DNA of 64,000 nt from Bacteroidota bacterium (GCA_020047755.1 JAIFNL010000118.1:3618-67617); one strand, 5' to 3'; shown: positions 1 to 8,595, counted from the first letter of the stretch. Translations and numbers: made by a program. Notes: generated by a model from the letters alone, not told the origin.

Positions 1-2132
1 TTATTTTTATGCAAACTTTCTAATAAATTATATTTTTCAGAATCAGGAACAAAAATAAGCAAACCACCAGAAGTTTGCGCGTCAGCAAAAATAAATTTTT
101 GCACTTCGGCAATATTTTTTCCCCAAACTACAAAATGTCCAAAATGAGTCAAATTATTTTGTGTTCCGCCCGGAATAATTCCAGCTACTGCCAAGTTGTA
201 AACTTCTGGTAACAAAGGAATTGAGTTGAAATCTATTTCAGCACTTAGCTTGCTTCCTTTTACTACCTCGCTCAAATGCCCTAGCAATCCAAAGCCTGTA
301 ACATCGGTGCAGGCATTTATTTTGAAATTTTGCATCACTTCGGCAGCTACTTTGTTGAGTTCGCCCATTGTTTTAATTGCTTCTATTTCAGCTTGTTTTG
401 AGGCAATTCCGCGTTTCACTGCTGTCGAAATAATTCCAGTGCCAATAGGTTTGGTTAAAATTATAGCGTCGCCTGCTTTTGCACCCGAATTGCTTAAAAT
501 TTTATCAATTTTTGAAATTCCAGTTACGGTCATTCCAAATTTTGGCTCATTATCTTCGATGGTGTGCCCGCCCAAAATGCTGATTCCAGCTTCCTTTGCC
601 TTGTCGTTTGCGCCTCGCAAAATTTCTTCTAACACGCTCAAAGGCAATCTTTTATCAGGAAAAGCTACAATGTTGAGTGCAAAAAGTGGCTTTGCGCCCA
701 TGGCGTAAATATCGCTAATGGAATTGGCTGCAGCAATAGCTCCAAAATCGTAAGGATTGTCCACTACGGGCGTAAAAAAATCGACAGTTTGCACAATAGC
801 ATTCTCATTATCAATCTTATAAACTGCTGCATCGTCAGAACCCGAAATATCAATAAGCACATTGGGGTCGAATGTTTTTGGAATAATTTTCAATACTTTT
901 TCCAAATCTTGAGGGCGCATTTTGCACGCACAGCCCAATCCGTGAGTATATTGCGTTAATTTAATAGCAGAAAAATCAGTAGAAGTATTAATTTCTTGTG
1001 ATGAATTTTGCAATTTTTTTACCGTTTCACAAATGTAATGAGCCGCTTTTTCTATTTCCTCTTTTGTAGAAAGTTTTCCAGTAGAAAAACGAATTGTTCC
1101 CATTGCAAATTCCATCGGTACTTTCATGGCACTCAAAACTGCCGAAATATCTATTTTATCGGTATGGCAGGCAGCTCCTGCCGAAGCTGCAACTTCCTTT
1201 AATTCAGAAAGTAATGTATTTGCTTCTACGTTTTTAAAACTCAAACTTAGCGTGTTGGGCAAACGGTTTTCGGGGTGTCCGTTTAGTTTTATTTGCTCAA
1301 TATTTTTTGAAATTTCGGAATGTAATAAATCCCTAGTTTCTTTTAAATGCAAAATGTTTTTTTGCAAGTCGCGTTTGGCTATTTCGGCAGCTTTTCCAAG
1401 ACCGGCTATTTCGAGAATATTTTCAGTTCCTGCACGCATATTTTGCTCATGGTCAGCACCGTGCATTTGTTTTTGAAGCTTTACTCCTCGTTTCACAAAC
1501 AATGCTCCAATTCCCTTGGGTGCGTAAAATTTATGACCTGCAACCGACAATAAATCAACGCCTAAGCTTTGCACATTGCAATCAATTTTTCCAATTGACT
1601 GTGCCGCATCGGTATGGAAAATGATATTATTTTTTCGGGCTATTTTGCTAATTTCTTCAATAGGCTGCACTGTTCCTACTTCGTTGTTAGCGTGCATGAT
1701 AGAGATTAAAATTGTTTGTGGTTTTATTGCTTTTTCCACATCTTCGGGTTTTATCATTCCAAATTCATCTACTTTTATATAAGAAATTTCAAACCCAAAA
1801 TTTTCTAAATATTTACACACTTCTATAACTGCCGGATGCTCTATTGATGAGGTAATGATGTGATTTCCTTTGTGTTTATTTTCAAAAGCAACACCTTTGA
1901 TGGCATAATTATTAGATTCGGTTCCTCCGCTTGTGAAAACAATTTCGTCGGTATTACAATTCAGTAAATCAGCAAGTTGCATTCGTGCTTTTTCTACTGC
2001 TTTTTTTGCTAAAACACCGTATTGATGTATGCTCGAAGGGTTTCCGAAATAAATATCCAAAAAAGGACGCATGGTTTCTGCAACTTCTGTATCTATCGGA
2101 GTGGTTGCGTTGTAGTCGAGATAAATTTGCAT
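1..2132 (-). CDS. selD: NifS/IscS-like PLP cysteine desulfurase fused in frame to selenide,water dikinase (SelD); the 3' end runs off the left window edge
   Basis: Absent from the ORF track because it has no in-window stop. Hand translation from the ATG (complement of 2130-2132) gives MQIYLDYNATTPIDTEV..., SVAGHKFYAPKG (PLP lysine) and SAGAACHT (active-site Cys). It continues into LTQYTHGLGCACKMRP (SelD Cys/Lys loop), DFFTPVVDNPYDFGAIAAANSISDIYAMGA and GGHTIEDNEPKFG. The frame (codon low coordinates divisible by 3) stays open down to base 3. Confidence 0.85.
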   Translation of the reverse strand, partial: MQIYLDYNATTPIDTEVAETMRPFLDIYFGNPSSIHQYGVLAKKAVEKARMQLADLLNCNTDEIVFTSGGTESNNYAIKGVAFENKHKGNHIITSSIEHPAVIEVCKYLENFGFEISYIKVDEFGMIKPEDVEKAIKPQTILISIMHANNEVGTVQPIEEISKIARKNNIIFHTDAAQSIGKIDCNVQSLGVDLLSVAGHKFYAPKGIGALFVKRGVKLQKQMHGADHEQNMRAGTENILEIAGLGKAAEIAKRDLQKNILHLKETRDLLHSEISKNIEQIKLNGHPENRLPNTLSLSFKNVEANTLLSELKEVAASAGAACHTDKIDISAVLSAMKVPMEFAMGTIRFSTGKLSTKEEIEKAAHYICETVKKLQNSSQEINTSTDFSAIKLTQYTHGLGCACKMRPQDLEKVLKIIPKTFDPNVLIDISGSDDAAVYKIDNENAIVQTVDFFTPVVDNPYDFGAIAAANSISDIYAMGAKPLFALNIVAFPDKRLPLSVLEEILRGANDKAKEAGISILGGHTIEDNEPKFGMTVTGISKIDKILSNSGAKAGDAIILTKPIGTGIISTAVKRGIASKQAEIEAIKTMGELNKVAAEVMQNFKINACTDVTGFGLLGHLSEVVKGSKLSAEIDFNSIPLLPEVYNLAVAGIIPGGTQNNLTHFGHFVVWGKNIAEVQKFIFADAQTSGGLLIFVPDSEKYNLLESLHKN

Positions 2133-2288
2133 TTAGTATAAAATAATATAAAAAAAATAATAAATATAGAATAAATAATCAGAATAATTATTAGCGTTTA
2201 ATTGTCCTGAAATTTTCTTTTTGAAGGATGAAAATAAGTTTTGAATAATTGCCTTATTAAAAAATATTTTTATCTTTCGATTTCATTA

Positions 2289-2296
2289 CAAAGATA
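2289..2296 (-). promoter_or_regulatory. Bacteroidota-type -7 promoter box (TAtcTTTG) upstream of the nifS-selD fusion
   Basis: Plus strand reads caaagata, reverse complement tatctttg, matching TAnnTTTG. It lies about 157 nt upstream of the ATG at 2132. Confidence 0.4.
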
Positions 2297-2812
2297 AAAA
2301 TTATACCGAAATATAAGCGAAACAAGAAGAGAAAATAAAATTATTTTTTTTATGGCTTTTATCAAAAGTATTGAAGCTATTGTATTGCAACATAGTTTCA
2401 AAATAGGACTAAAATAAGCGGTTATTTAATTTTCAATTCATTATTGAATGTTTTTGAGGAAAATTGAAATTGCTTATTTCATTCGATTTTTATATAATTC
2501 AATAATTTATATTTTATTTATTAATAATTTATTATGCGTCTTCTCTTCTTTATTATTGTGCTGAATTTTACTACATTTATTAGTTCTATTTTTTTACTGC
2601 TTTTAGTAATCCACTTCATCGCAACGTATTTGATTTGTAGATACAACTGGTGTTATTCATTTTTTGAATGCTTTTTGAATGCTATTTGGCAATCATTCAA
2701 GGCATTATTGTTTTTTTTAGTACTATATTTGCTTTTATTTTCATAATTTATTTTCACAAAAAAATTGTGTGAAAAGTTGCTTAAATTTAATTTAAACAGC
2801 TTTTAAAATTCC

Positions 2813-2878
2813 TCTTGGCTCTATCTTGGCTCTATCTTGGCTCGAATAAAGTGCGTATAAAGTGCGTATAAAGTATGG
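2813..2878. repeat. Two adjacent sets of 11-bp tandem direct repeats
   Basis: tcttggctcta at 2813-2823 and 2824-2834, plus a partial copy at 2835-2844. ataaagtgcgt at 2846-2856 and 2857-2867, plus a degenerate copy ataaagtatgg at 2868-2878. They sit in a roughly 1-kb ORF-poor AT-rich spacer. Confidence 0.9.
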
Positions 2879-3108
2879 CTGAAATTGCACAACAAAAATT
2901 AGAACGAAAGAACTTTCTTTTTTTTGATTTTTGGCAATATACTAAATTTTTAACGAAAAATAGAGCCAATTTTGCATAGAAAAAAGCATAAATAAGCTTC
3001 TAAATTGTTTTTATTCAAAAAAACAGAAAAAAAAATCAAAATTAGTAGTCAGTTTATCAAATAGATAGTTTTTAAACATCAAAAAAAATCATTTTTTTTC
3101 TAAAAAAG

Positions 3109-3139
3109 TTTGCTATTAAAAAAAACATATTTATTTTTG
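3109..3139 (+). promoter_or_regulatory. Bacteroidota sigma-A type promoter for the tRNA-Lys array (-33 TTTG, -7 TAttTTTG)
   Basis: TTTG at 3109-3112, a 19-nt spacer, then tatttttg at 3132-3139. The first tRNA starts 20 nt downstream at 3159. Confidence 0.6.
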
Positions 3140-3158
3140 CAGCGCTTTTAAAGAAAAT

Positions 3159-3231
3159 GACTTGTTAGCTCAGTCGGTAGAGCAACGCCCTTTTAAGGCG
3201 TGGGTCCTGCGTTCGAATCGCAGACAGGTCA
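3159..3231 (+). tRNA. tRNA-Lys (anticodon UUU), copy 1
   Basis: 73 nt: gacttgttagctcagtcggtagagcaacgcccttttaaggcgtgggtcctgcgttcgaatcgcagacaggtca. The 7-bp acceptor stem is GACTTGT/ACAGGTC, the D loop is agctcagtcggtagagc, the anticodon stem acgcc/ggcgt carries loop cTTTTaa, and the T arm contains ggttcgaatc-like gcgttcgaatcgc. No CCA is encoded. Confidence 0.93.
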
Positions 3232-3313
3232 CTTAAATTTGTTCTTAAAATGGTTTTTGTAAATTATGTTTGTTGGTGCAAAAATAATTATAAAAATCGG
3301 TAAAAAAGCTTTT

Positions 3314-3386
3314 GACTTGTTAGCTCAGTCGGTAGAGCAACGCCCTTTTAAGGCGTGGGTCCTGCGTTCGAATCGCAGACAGGTCA
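3314..3386 (+). tRNA. tRNA-Lys (anticodon UUU), copy 2
   Basis: Identical by eye to copy 1. An 82-nt spacer separates it from copy 1. Confidence 0.93.
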
Positions 3387-3412
3387 CTCGATTTAAACTC
3401 AATATATATTTT

Positions 3413-3485
3413 GACTTGTTAGCTCAGTCGGTAGAGCAACGCCCTTTTAAGGCGTGGGTCCTGCGTTCGAATCGCAGACAGGTCA
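3413..3485 (+). tRNA. tRNA-Lys (anticodon UUU), copy 3
   Basis: Identical by eye to copies 1 and 2. A 26-nt spacer separates it from copy 2. Confidence 0.93.
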
Positions 3486-3490
3486 CATTT

Positions 3491-3519
3491 AAAAGCATGG
3501 TTTTTCCATGCTTTTTTTG
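3491..3519 (+). terminator. Rho-independent terminator after the tRNA-Lys array
   Basis: Stem aaaagcatgg (3491-3500) pairs with ccatgctttt (3506-3515) around loop ttttt. A T-run extends to 3519. Confidence 0.75.
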
Positions 3520-3589
3520 TTTTATCCTGCCCGATAATTTTATTTTTACGAAAAATAAAAATGAGTGTAGCTGAAATAAATAAAATTAT

Positions 3590-3597
3590 TATCTTTG
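3590..3597 (+). promoter_or_regulatory. -7 promoter box (TAtcTTTG) upstream of thrS
   Basis: tatctttg matches TAnnTTTG, 168 nt upstream of the thrS ATG. I saw no clear -33 TTTG. Confidence 0.4.
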
Positions 3598-3653
3598 CAA
3601 TCGTGTTTTTTGAATACCAAATTATTTTCAAAAACAAAAATTAATCAAAGTAT

Positions 3654-3682
3654 AAACTTGCAATTTGTAGTGCAAGTTTTTA
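3654..3682 (+). terminator. Terminator-like hairpin inside the thrS 5' leader (possible attenuator or operator)
   Basis: aaacttgc (3654-3661) pairs with gcaagttt (3672-3679). The loop is aatttgtagt and TTTTT follows. It lies between the putative promoter (3590) and the thrS start (3765). Confidence 0.35.
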
Positions 3683-3764
3683 TAAGCTCTCGTACAAAAT
3701 AAATTTAATTCGTTGGTTATTAATAAATTAAATGAAATGATACTGAGACTTTAAATCTATAAAA

Positions 3765-5711
3765 ATGATAAAAATAACATTTCCCGACCAAAACGTAAGA
3801 GAGTACCCAAAGGGTGTTACTGGCTACGAAATAGCCAAAAGTTTGAGCAACAACTTAGCTAAAGAAATATTATCGGTAAGCGTAAATGCTGAAATACAAG
3901 ATGTTACTCGCCCGATAACGAGTGATGCAAGCGTTAAGTTTTATAAATGGGACGATGCTGAAGGCAAGCACGCTTTTTGGCATTCTTCGGCGCATTTGCT
4001 TGCCGAAGCTTTGGAAAATTTGTACCCGGGAGTAAAATTTGGAATTGGTCCGGCTATCGAAAACGGATTTTATTATGATGTTGATTTAGGGCAAGATAGA
4101 AACTTAACCGATAAAGATTTCAAGCAAATTGAAGATAAAATGCTCGAATTGGCTCGTCAAAAAAGTGATATTTTGCGTCAAGATATTTCTAAAGCCGATG
4201 CTTTAAATTTGTTTAACCAAAAAGGTGATGAATATAAGGTGGAGCTTATCAGCGAACTCGAAGATGGAACAATAACTGTCTATAAACAAGGCAATTTCAC
4301 CGATTTGTGCAGAGGTCCGCATTTGCCCAACTCGGAGTACATCAAGGCTGTTAAAATAATGAACATTGCCGGAGCTTACTGGCGCGGCGACGAAAAAAGG
4401 AAGCAACTTACTCGTGTTTACGGAGTTTCTTTTCCTAAACAAAAAATGCTAACCGATTATTTGGAACTTTTAGAGCAAGCTAAACTTCGAGACCACAGAC
4501 GATTAGGCAAAGAATTAGAACTTTTTACTTTTTCGGCTAGAGTAGGGCAGGGCTTGCCGCTTTGGTTGCCAAAAGGCGCACAATTGCGTGAGCGTTTAGA
4601 AAATTTCTTGAAAAAAGTTCAGAAAAAATATGATTATGAGCCAGTTATGACTCCTCATATTGGTCAGAAAGAATTGTACGTAACTTCGGGGCATTACGCA
4701 AAATATGGAAAAGATTCGTTCCAGCCCATTCATACGCCTGCCGAAGATGAGGAATTCTTGTTGAAACCCATGAATTGTCCCCACCATTGCGAGATTTATA
4801 AATTCAAACCACGCTCGTACAAAGATTTACCTTTGCGCTATGCCGAATTTGGAACAGTTTATCGCTACGAGCAAAGTGGTGAACTTCACGGACTTACACG
4901 CGTAAGAGGCTTCACTCAAGACGATGCACACATTTTCTGCCGTCCTGACCAGTTGAAAGAAGAATTTTTGAAAGTAATTGATATTGTGCTTTATATATTT
5001 AGTACGCTCGATTTTAAAGATTTCACAACACAAATTTCGCTGCGCGACCCAATAAATAGAGAAAAATATATTGGAAGCGACGAAAATTGGGAAAAAGCAG
5101 AAAATGCAATTATCGAAGCCACCAAAGAAAAAGGTTTGAACACCGTAGTTGAATATGGCGAAGCCGCATTTTACGGACCTAAACTCGATTTTATGGTGAA
5201 AGATGCTTTGGGCAGAAAATGGCAATTAGGAACAATTCAGGTAGATTACAATTTGCCCGAACGCTTTGAATTAGAGTATATTGGAGCTGACGACAAAAAA
5301 CATCGTCCGGTAATGATTCACCGCGCACCTTTTGGTTCGATGGAGCGATTTGTAGCCGTTTTGATAGAGCACACAGCCGGCAAATTCCCTTTGTGGCTAA
5401 CACCCGACCAAGCTGTAATTCTGCCAATTAGCGAAAAATACAACGATTTTGCACAACAGGTTCTCGAAACCTTGCGCAAAGCCGATGTTCGCACTTTGAT
5501 AGATACACGAAACGAAAAAATAGGCAAAAAAATACGCGACAACGAGTTGAAACGTATCCCTTATTTGCTCATTGTGGGCGAAAAAGAAGCTGAAAATGGA
5601 ATGATTTCGGTACGAAAACAAGGCGATGGCGACAAAGGTTCGATGCCTATTGCCGATTTTGTGGCACTCATAAACAAAGAAATAGAAGAGCAGACAAAAG
5701 AAATTAATTAA
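3765..5711 (+). CDS. thrS: Threonine--tRNA ligase
   Basis: 648-aa ORF. It has an N-terminal TGS-like [25 protein letters not shown], the editing-domain motif [10 protein letters not shown], class II core motifs [13 protein letters not shown]-like ([15 protein letters not shown]) and [16 protein letters not shown], and a C-terminal anticodon-binding domain. Confidence 0.97.
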   Translation: MIKITFPDQNVREYPKGVTGYEIAKSLSNNLAKEILSVSVNAEIQDVTRPITSDASVKFYKWDDAEGKHAFWHSSAHLLAEALENLYPGVKFGIGPAIENGFYYDVDLGQDRNLTDKDFKQIEDKMLELARQKSDILRQDISKADALNLFNQKGDEYKVELISELEDGTITVYKQGNFTDLCRGPHLPNSEYIKAVKIMNIAGAYWRGDEKRKQLTRVYGVSFPKQKMLTDYLELLEQAKLRDHRRLGKELELFTFSARVGQGLPLWLPKGAQLRERLENFLKKVQKKYDYEPVMTPHIGQKELYVTSGHYAKYGKDSFQPIHTPAEDEEFLLKPMNCPHHCEIYKFKPRSYKDLPLRYAEFGTVYRYEQSGELHGLTRVRGFTQDDAHIFCRPDQLKEEFLKVIDIVLYIFSTLDFKDFTTQISLRDPINREKYIGSDENWEKAENAIIEATKEKGLNTVVEYGEAAFYGPKLDFMVKDALGRKWQLGTIQVDYNLPERFELEYIGADDKKHRPVMIHRAPFGSMERFVAVLIEHTAGKFPLWLTPDQAVILPISEKYNDFAQQVLETLRKADVRTLIDTRNEKIGKKIRDNELKRIPYLLIVGEKEAENGMISVRKQGDGDKGSMPIADFVALINKEIEEQTKEIN

Positions 5712-5750
5712 AAAAACTAGTTAATTATTTTTAGCTTTTAATATTATTTG

Positions 5751-5758
5751 TATCTTTG
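5751..5758 (+). promoter_or_regulatory. -7 promoter box (TAtcTTTG) upstream of infC
   Basis: tatctttg lies in the thrS-infC spacer, about 165 nt upstream of the proposed infC start. Confidence 0.4.
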
Positions 5759-5922
5759 CACTGAAATTTTTTTTCAAATGCAATATTTAAGAATAAGATT
5801 TTTTCTATTTTTAATATTCAATTAAAACAAATTATTAAGCTAAAAATTTCATTATTAGATTGATATAACTTTTTACTAATAAGAAATAAAATAGTACTAA
5901 CTAAAGTAGGGAGGATTAACCA

Positions 5923-6483
5923 ATAGCAAAGAATATTATAAAAGGTCCCAGAAAACCTTTTGTGCAAAAAGAAGCTGAGCACAGAATAAATAAAGCTATT
6001 AAAGCACGCAGCATTCGCTTAGTAGGCGAAAATGTTGAACAGCAAGGTGTTACAACTGTAGAAGAGGCATTAAAACTTGCAGAAGAATTAGAGCTTGATT
6101 TGGTTGAAATATCACCAAATGCTGATCCACCGGTTTGCAAAATAATTGATTATAAGAAATTTCTGTACCAACAGAAAAAAAAGCAAAAAGAATTGAAATT
6201 GAAAGCTACCAAAGTAGTTGTAAAAGAAATTCGTTTTGGTCCTAACACCAATGAGCACGATTTTCAATTCAAATTGAAGCACGCTCAAAAATTTTTGGAA
6301 GAAGGCGCAAAAGTAAAAGCTTTTGTTTTCTTTAAAGGTCGTTCGATTGTTTTTAATGAGCAAGGTGAAATTTTGCTTTTGCGTTTGGCGCAAGAACTAG
6401 AAGAATTTGGTAAGGTTGAAAGTTTACCAAAACTTGAAGGTAAACGAATGATTATGTTTATTTCTCCCGCAAAAAAGAAGTAA
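5923..6483 (+). CDS. infC: Translation initiation factor IF-3, probably starting at a non-canonical ATA (alternatives: ATT 5935, GTG 5962)
   Basis: The ORF-track entry 5962..6483 contains [24 protein letters not shown] and [20 protein letters not shown]. The frame is open back to a TAA at 5917. The upstream in-frame residues [18 protein letters not shown] resemble the basic N-terminal tail of Bacteroidota IF-3. GGAGG at 5909-5913 lies 9 nt before ATA 5923. Confidence 0.85.
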   Translation: MAKNIIKGPRKPFVQKEAEHRINKAIKARSIRLVGENVEQQGVTTVEEALKLAEELELDLVEISPNADPPVCKIIDYKKFLYQQKKKQKELKLKATKVVVKEIRFGPNTNEHDFQFKLKHAQKFLEEGAKVKAFVFFKGRSIVFNEQGEILLLRLAQELEEFGKVESLPKLEGKRMIMFISPAKKK

Positions 6484-6681
6484 TTTTAGTGAAGTTAACT
6501 CTTTTTGCATCACTTTTAATAGACCATCTGTTTTTTAGAATAAGTTGAAATTTTATATTTTAGCTTTAACATAGAACAGATACTATATATTTTTTCAAAA
6601 TTATGAAGGTAGCTAAGCGAGCGCAATTTTTACCGAATTGTCCCACCTTCTTTAATTGTTTAATTTTTTAAATTTAGGAAA

Positions 6682-6879
6682 ATGCCAAAAATGAAAACGA
6701 ATGCCAGTTCAAAAAAGAGATTTAAGCTCACTGGCTCAGGGAAAATTAAAAGAAAACACGCTTACAAAAGTCATATTTTGACTAAAAAATCTACAAAGAG
6801 AAAGCGTAACTTGACTTATTTTACAACAGTTCACAAAACTGATGAAAAAAACATTAAGTTATTATTAGCAATGAAATAG
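6682..6879 (+). CDS. rpmI: 50S ribosomal protein L35
   Basis: 65 aa, [36 protein letters not shown]. Position is the typical infC-rpmI-rplT order. Confidence 0.95.
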   Translation: MPKMKTNASSKKRFKLTGSGKIKRKHAYKSHILTKKSTKRKRNLTYFTTVHKTDEKNIKLLLAMK

Positions 6880-7034
6880 ATTTTTTACCTTTTTTTGTTT
6901 TTCTAAAGCCAGAAAAACTATAAAGAAGTAAAGTGTTTTTAAGAAATTAAATTTAATTAACCCTGAATGTAAAGCTTTAAAGTTCAATTTTTTCGTAAAG
7001 AAAAGGACGCTTACATTCAAAAAAGTATAAAATT

Positions 7035-7379
7035 ATGCCAAGATCGGTAAATTCAGTTGCTTCAAGAGCTAGAAGAAAAAAAGTTCTTAAGCTAGCCAAA
7101 GGTTACTTTGGTGCAAAGAAAAATGTTTGGACTGTTGCCAAAAACGCTGTTGAAAAAGGGCTCGTTTACGCATACAGAGACAGAAAAGCTAAAAAAAGAA
7201 GCTTTAGAGCGTTGTGGATTCAAAGAATAAACGCCGGTACTCGTTTACACGGTTTGTCTTATTCTGAATTTATGGGTAAACTTCACAAAAAAGGTATTGA
7301 GCTTAACCGCAAAGTGTTAGCTGACCTTGCTATGAACAACCCACAAGCTTTTGAAGCAGTTGTGAAAGCTGTAAAATAG
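7035..7379 (+). CDS. rplT: 50S ribosomal protein L20
   Basis: 114 aa, [30 protein letters not shown]...[22 protein letters not shown]. Confidence 0.96.
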   Translation: MPRSVNSVASRARRKKVLKLAKGYFGAKKNVWTVAKNAVEKGLVYAYRDRKAKKRSFRALWIQRINAGTRLHGLSYSEFMGKLHKKGIELNRKVLADLAMNNPQAFEAVVKAVK

Positions 7380-7415
7380 TTTTTGTGTTTTTTCAAACAA
7401 AAAAATGAAATTATA

Positions 7416-7448
7416 AAAAGAGAAAGGTTTAGGCTTTTCTCTTTTTTT
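7416..7448 (+). terminator. Rho-independent terminator after rplT
   Basis: aaaagagaaa (7416-7425) pairs with tttctctttt (7436-7445) around a 10-nt loop, with a trailing T-run. Confidence 0.6.
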
Positions 7449-7576
7449 AGTTTATAATAAGTTGCAAATTAGTGAAATATAGTTTTTTGAAAGCGAAGTT
7501 TGTTGCGATATTTCAATCATTGCAGAAAAATGTGTTTTTTTTAGAGAAAAAATACTACGGTTTTGAAATAAATTTA

Positions 7577-7584
7577 TATATTTG
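7577..7584 (+). promoter_or_regulatory. -7 promoter box (TAtaTTTG) upstream of fabG
   Basis: tatatttg lies 200 nt upstream of the fabG ATG. Confidence 0.4.
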
Positions 7585-7783
7585 CAGCACAAAAAAATGA
7601 TTTTTTTCTTCTTTATTTATATTTAAAATACAGATAATTAGCATATTAATTAGCTTTGTTGATTGATGCGGTTTTGAATAAAAATCATTTTTCATTAAAA
7701 CAAAAAGAAGATAAATTAAATTTAAAATATGAACTATAAGGCAGTTTTAAATTTGCTTGTGGTTTAATTAAAATTGAAAAATT

Positions 7784-8530
7784 ATGAAACTTTTAGAAGG
7801 AAAAACCGCTATAATTACAGGCGCAGCTCGCGGAATAGGAAAAGAAATTGCACTTGTTTTTGCTACGCATGGTTCAAATATTGCATTTACCGATGTTGCT
7901 TTGGGTGATGCTACTCAAGCTCTTGAAAATGAATTGGTTGCTTTGGGTGTAAAAGCCAAAGCTTACAAATCGAATGCAGCAAATTATCAAGAAGCGCAAG
8001 ATTTGATAAAAGAGGTGGCTGCTGATTTTGGCAGAATTGATGTTTTGGTAAACAACGCTGGTATTACTCGCGATACTCTTTTGATGAGAATGACCGAAGA
8101 CCAATGGGATTTGGTAATAAGCGTGAATTTGAAATCTGTATTCAATCTCACAAAAGCCGTTCAATCGGTGATGTTGAAACAGCGTTCGGGTTCGATTATA
8201 AATATGAGCTCGGTGGTAGGAGTTACCGGAAATGCCGGACAATCAAATTATTCTGCATCAAAAGCTGGTATTTTGGGCTTCACTAAATCGATAGCAAAAG
8301 AACTTGGCTCGCGTAATATTCGCTGCAATGCAATAGCTCCAGGTTTTATCGAAACCGACATGACTGCACAATTGAGCGAAGAAGTAAGAACCGAATGGGC
8401 TAAAACAATTCCACTTCGTAGAGGAGGAAAACCTGCCGATGTTGCAAATGCGGCTGTTTTCTTAGCTTCCGATTTGGCTTCTTACGTTACCGGACAAACG
8501 CTGAATGTTTGTGGTGGAATGGTTATGTAA
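7784..8530 (+). CDS. fabG: 3-oxoacyl-[acyl-carrier-protein] reductase (SDR family)
   Basis: 248 aa. Motifs: TGAARGIGKEIA (TGxxxGxG), NNAGI, YSASKAG (YxxxK) and a C-terminal GQTLNVCGGMVM. Confidence 0.9.
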   Translation: MKLLEGKTAIITGAARGIGKEIALVFATHGSNIAFTDVALGDATQALENELVALGVKAKAYKSNAANYQEAQDLIKEVAADFGRIDVLVNNAGITRDTLLMRMTEDQWDLVISVNLKSVFNLTKAVQSVMLKQRSGSIINMSSVVGVTGNAGQSNYSASKAGILGFTKSIAKELGSRNIRCNAIAPGFIETDMTAQLSEEVRTEWAKTIPLRRGGKPADVANAAVFLASDLASYVTGQTLNVCGGMVM

Positions 8531-8554
8531 ATTGCTTATTAATACTTTATTATA

Positions 8555-8590
8555 TAAAAAAAACTTCGAGATTTTCTCGAAGTTTTTTGT
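8555..8590. terminator. Bidirectional intrinsic terminator between fabG and the convergent 8596..9210 gene
   Basis: aacttcgag (8562-8570) pairs with ctcgaagtt (8576-8584). An A-run lies upstream and a T-run downstream. Confidence 0.7.
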
Positions 8591-8595
8591 TTTTT

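Noticed and set aside
226-1782. Five plus-strand ORFs from the track (226..708, 1008..1202, 1126..1476, 1347..1553, 1576..1782)
   Set aside because: They are antisense shadow frames of the long minus-strand nifS-selD gene. Their products are low-complexity, carry no motifs and overlap one another.
2534-2746. 70-aa very hydrophobic ORF in the AT-rich spacer
   Set aside because: Its Phe/Leu/Ile-rich composition is what T-rich DNA yields in any frame. There is no recognisable family or start context, so I did not report it as a CDS.
2813-2878. CRISPR-like array (also considered for 48761-48800)
   Set aside because: The units are 8-11 bp and directly abutting with no spacers, so they are far too short for CRISPR repeats.
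2133-3158. Replication origin (AT-rich, repeats)
   Set aside because: There is no cluster of DnaA boxes. The only TTATCCACA-like strings I saw in the window are isolated 7/9 matches (near 23917, 34329 and 61233). No dnaA or dnaN is nearby.
3159-3520. Integrase or genomic island attached to the tRNA array
   Set aside because: I looked on both sides for an integrase, a direct repeat of the tRNA 3' end or foreign-looking genes. Only the housekeeping thrS operon follows.
3266-3637. ORFs 3266..3574 (+) and 3419..3637 (-)
   Set aside because: They read straight through the tRNA-Lys genes. The repeated peptide LLAQSVEQRPFKAWVLRSNRRQVT is simply the tRNA sequence translated.
3598-3764. T-box or TPP riboswitch in the thrS leader (a ctgaga string is present)
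   Set aside because: There is no T-box consensus (…GGTGGTACCGCG-like) and no specifier-loop architecture. The GC-rich P1/P2 helices of a TPP element are also missing. Only the single hairpin is reported.
4203-5621. Minus-strand ORFs nested in thrS, and the analogous nested ORFs inside every other long CDS across the window
   Set aside because: All are shorter antisense or off-frame ORFs wholly inside well-supported genes, with no motifs. That is typical for AT-rich genomes.
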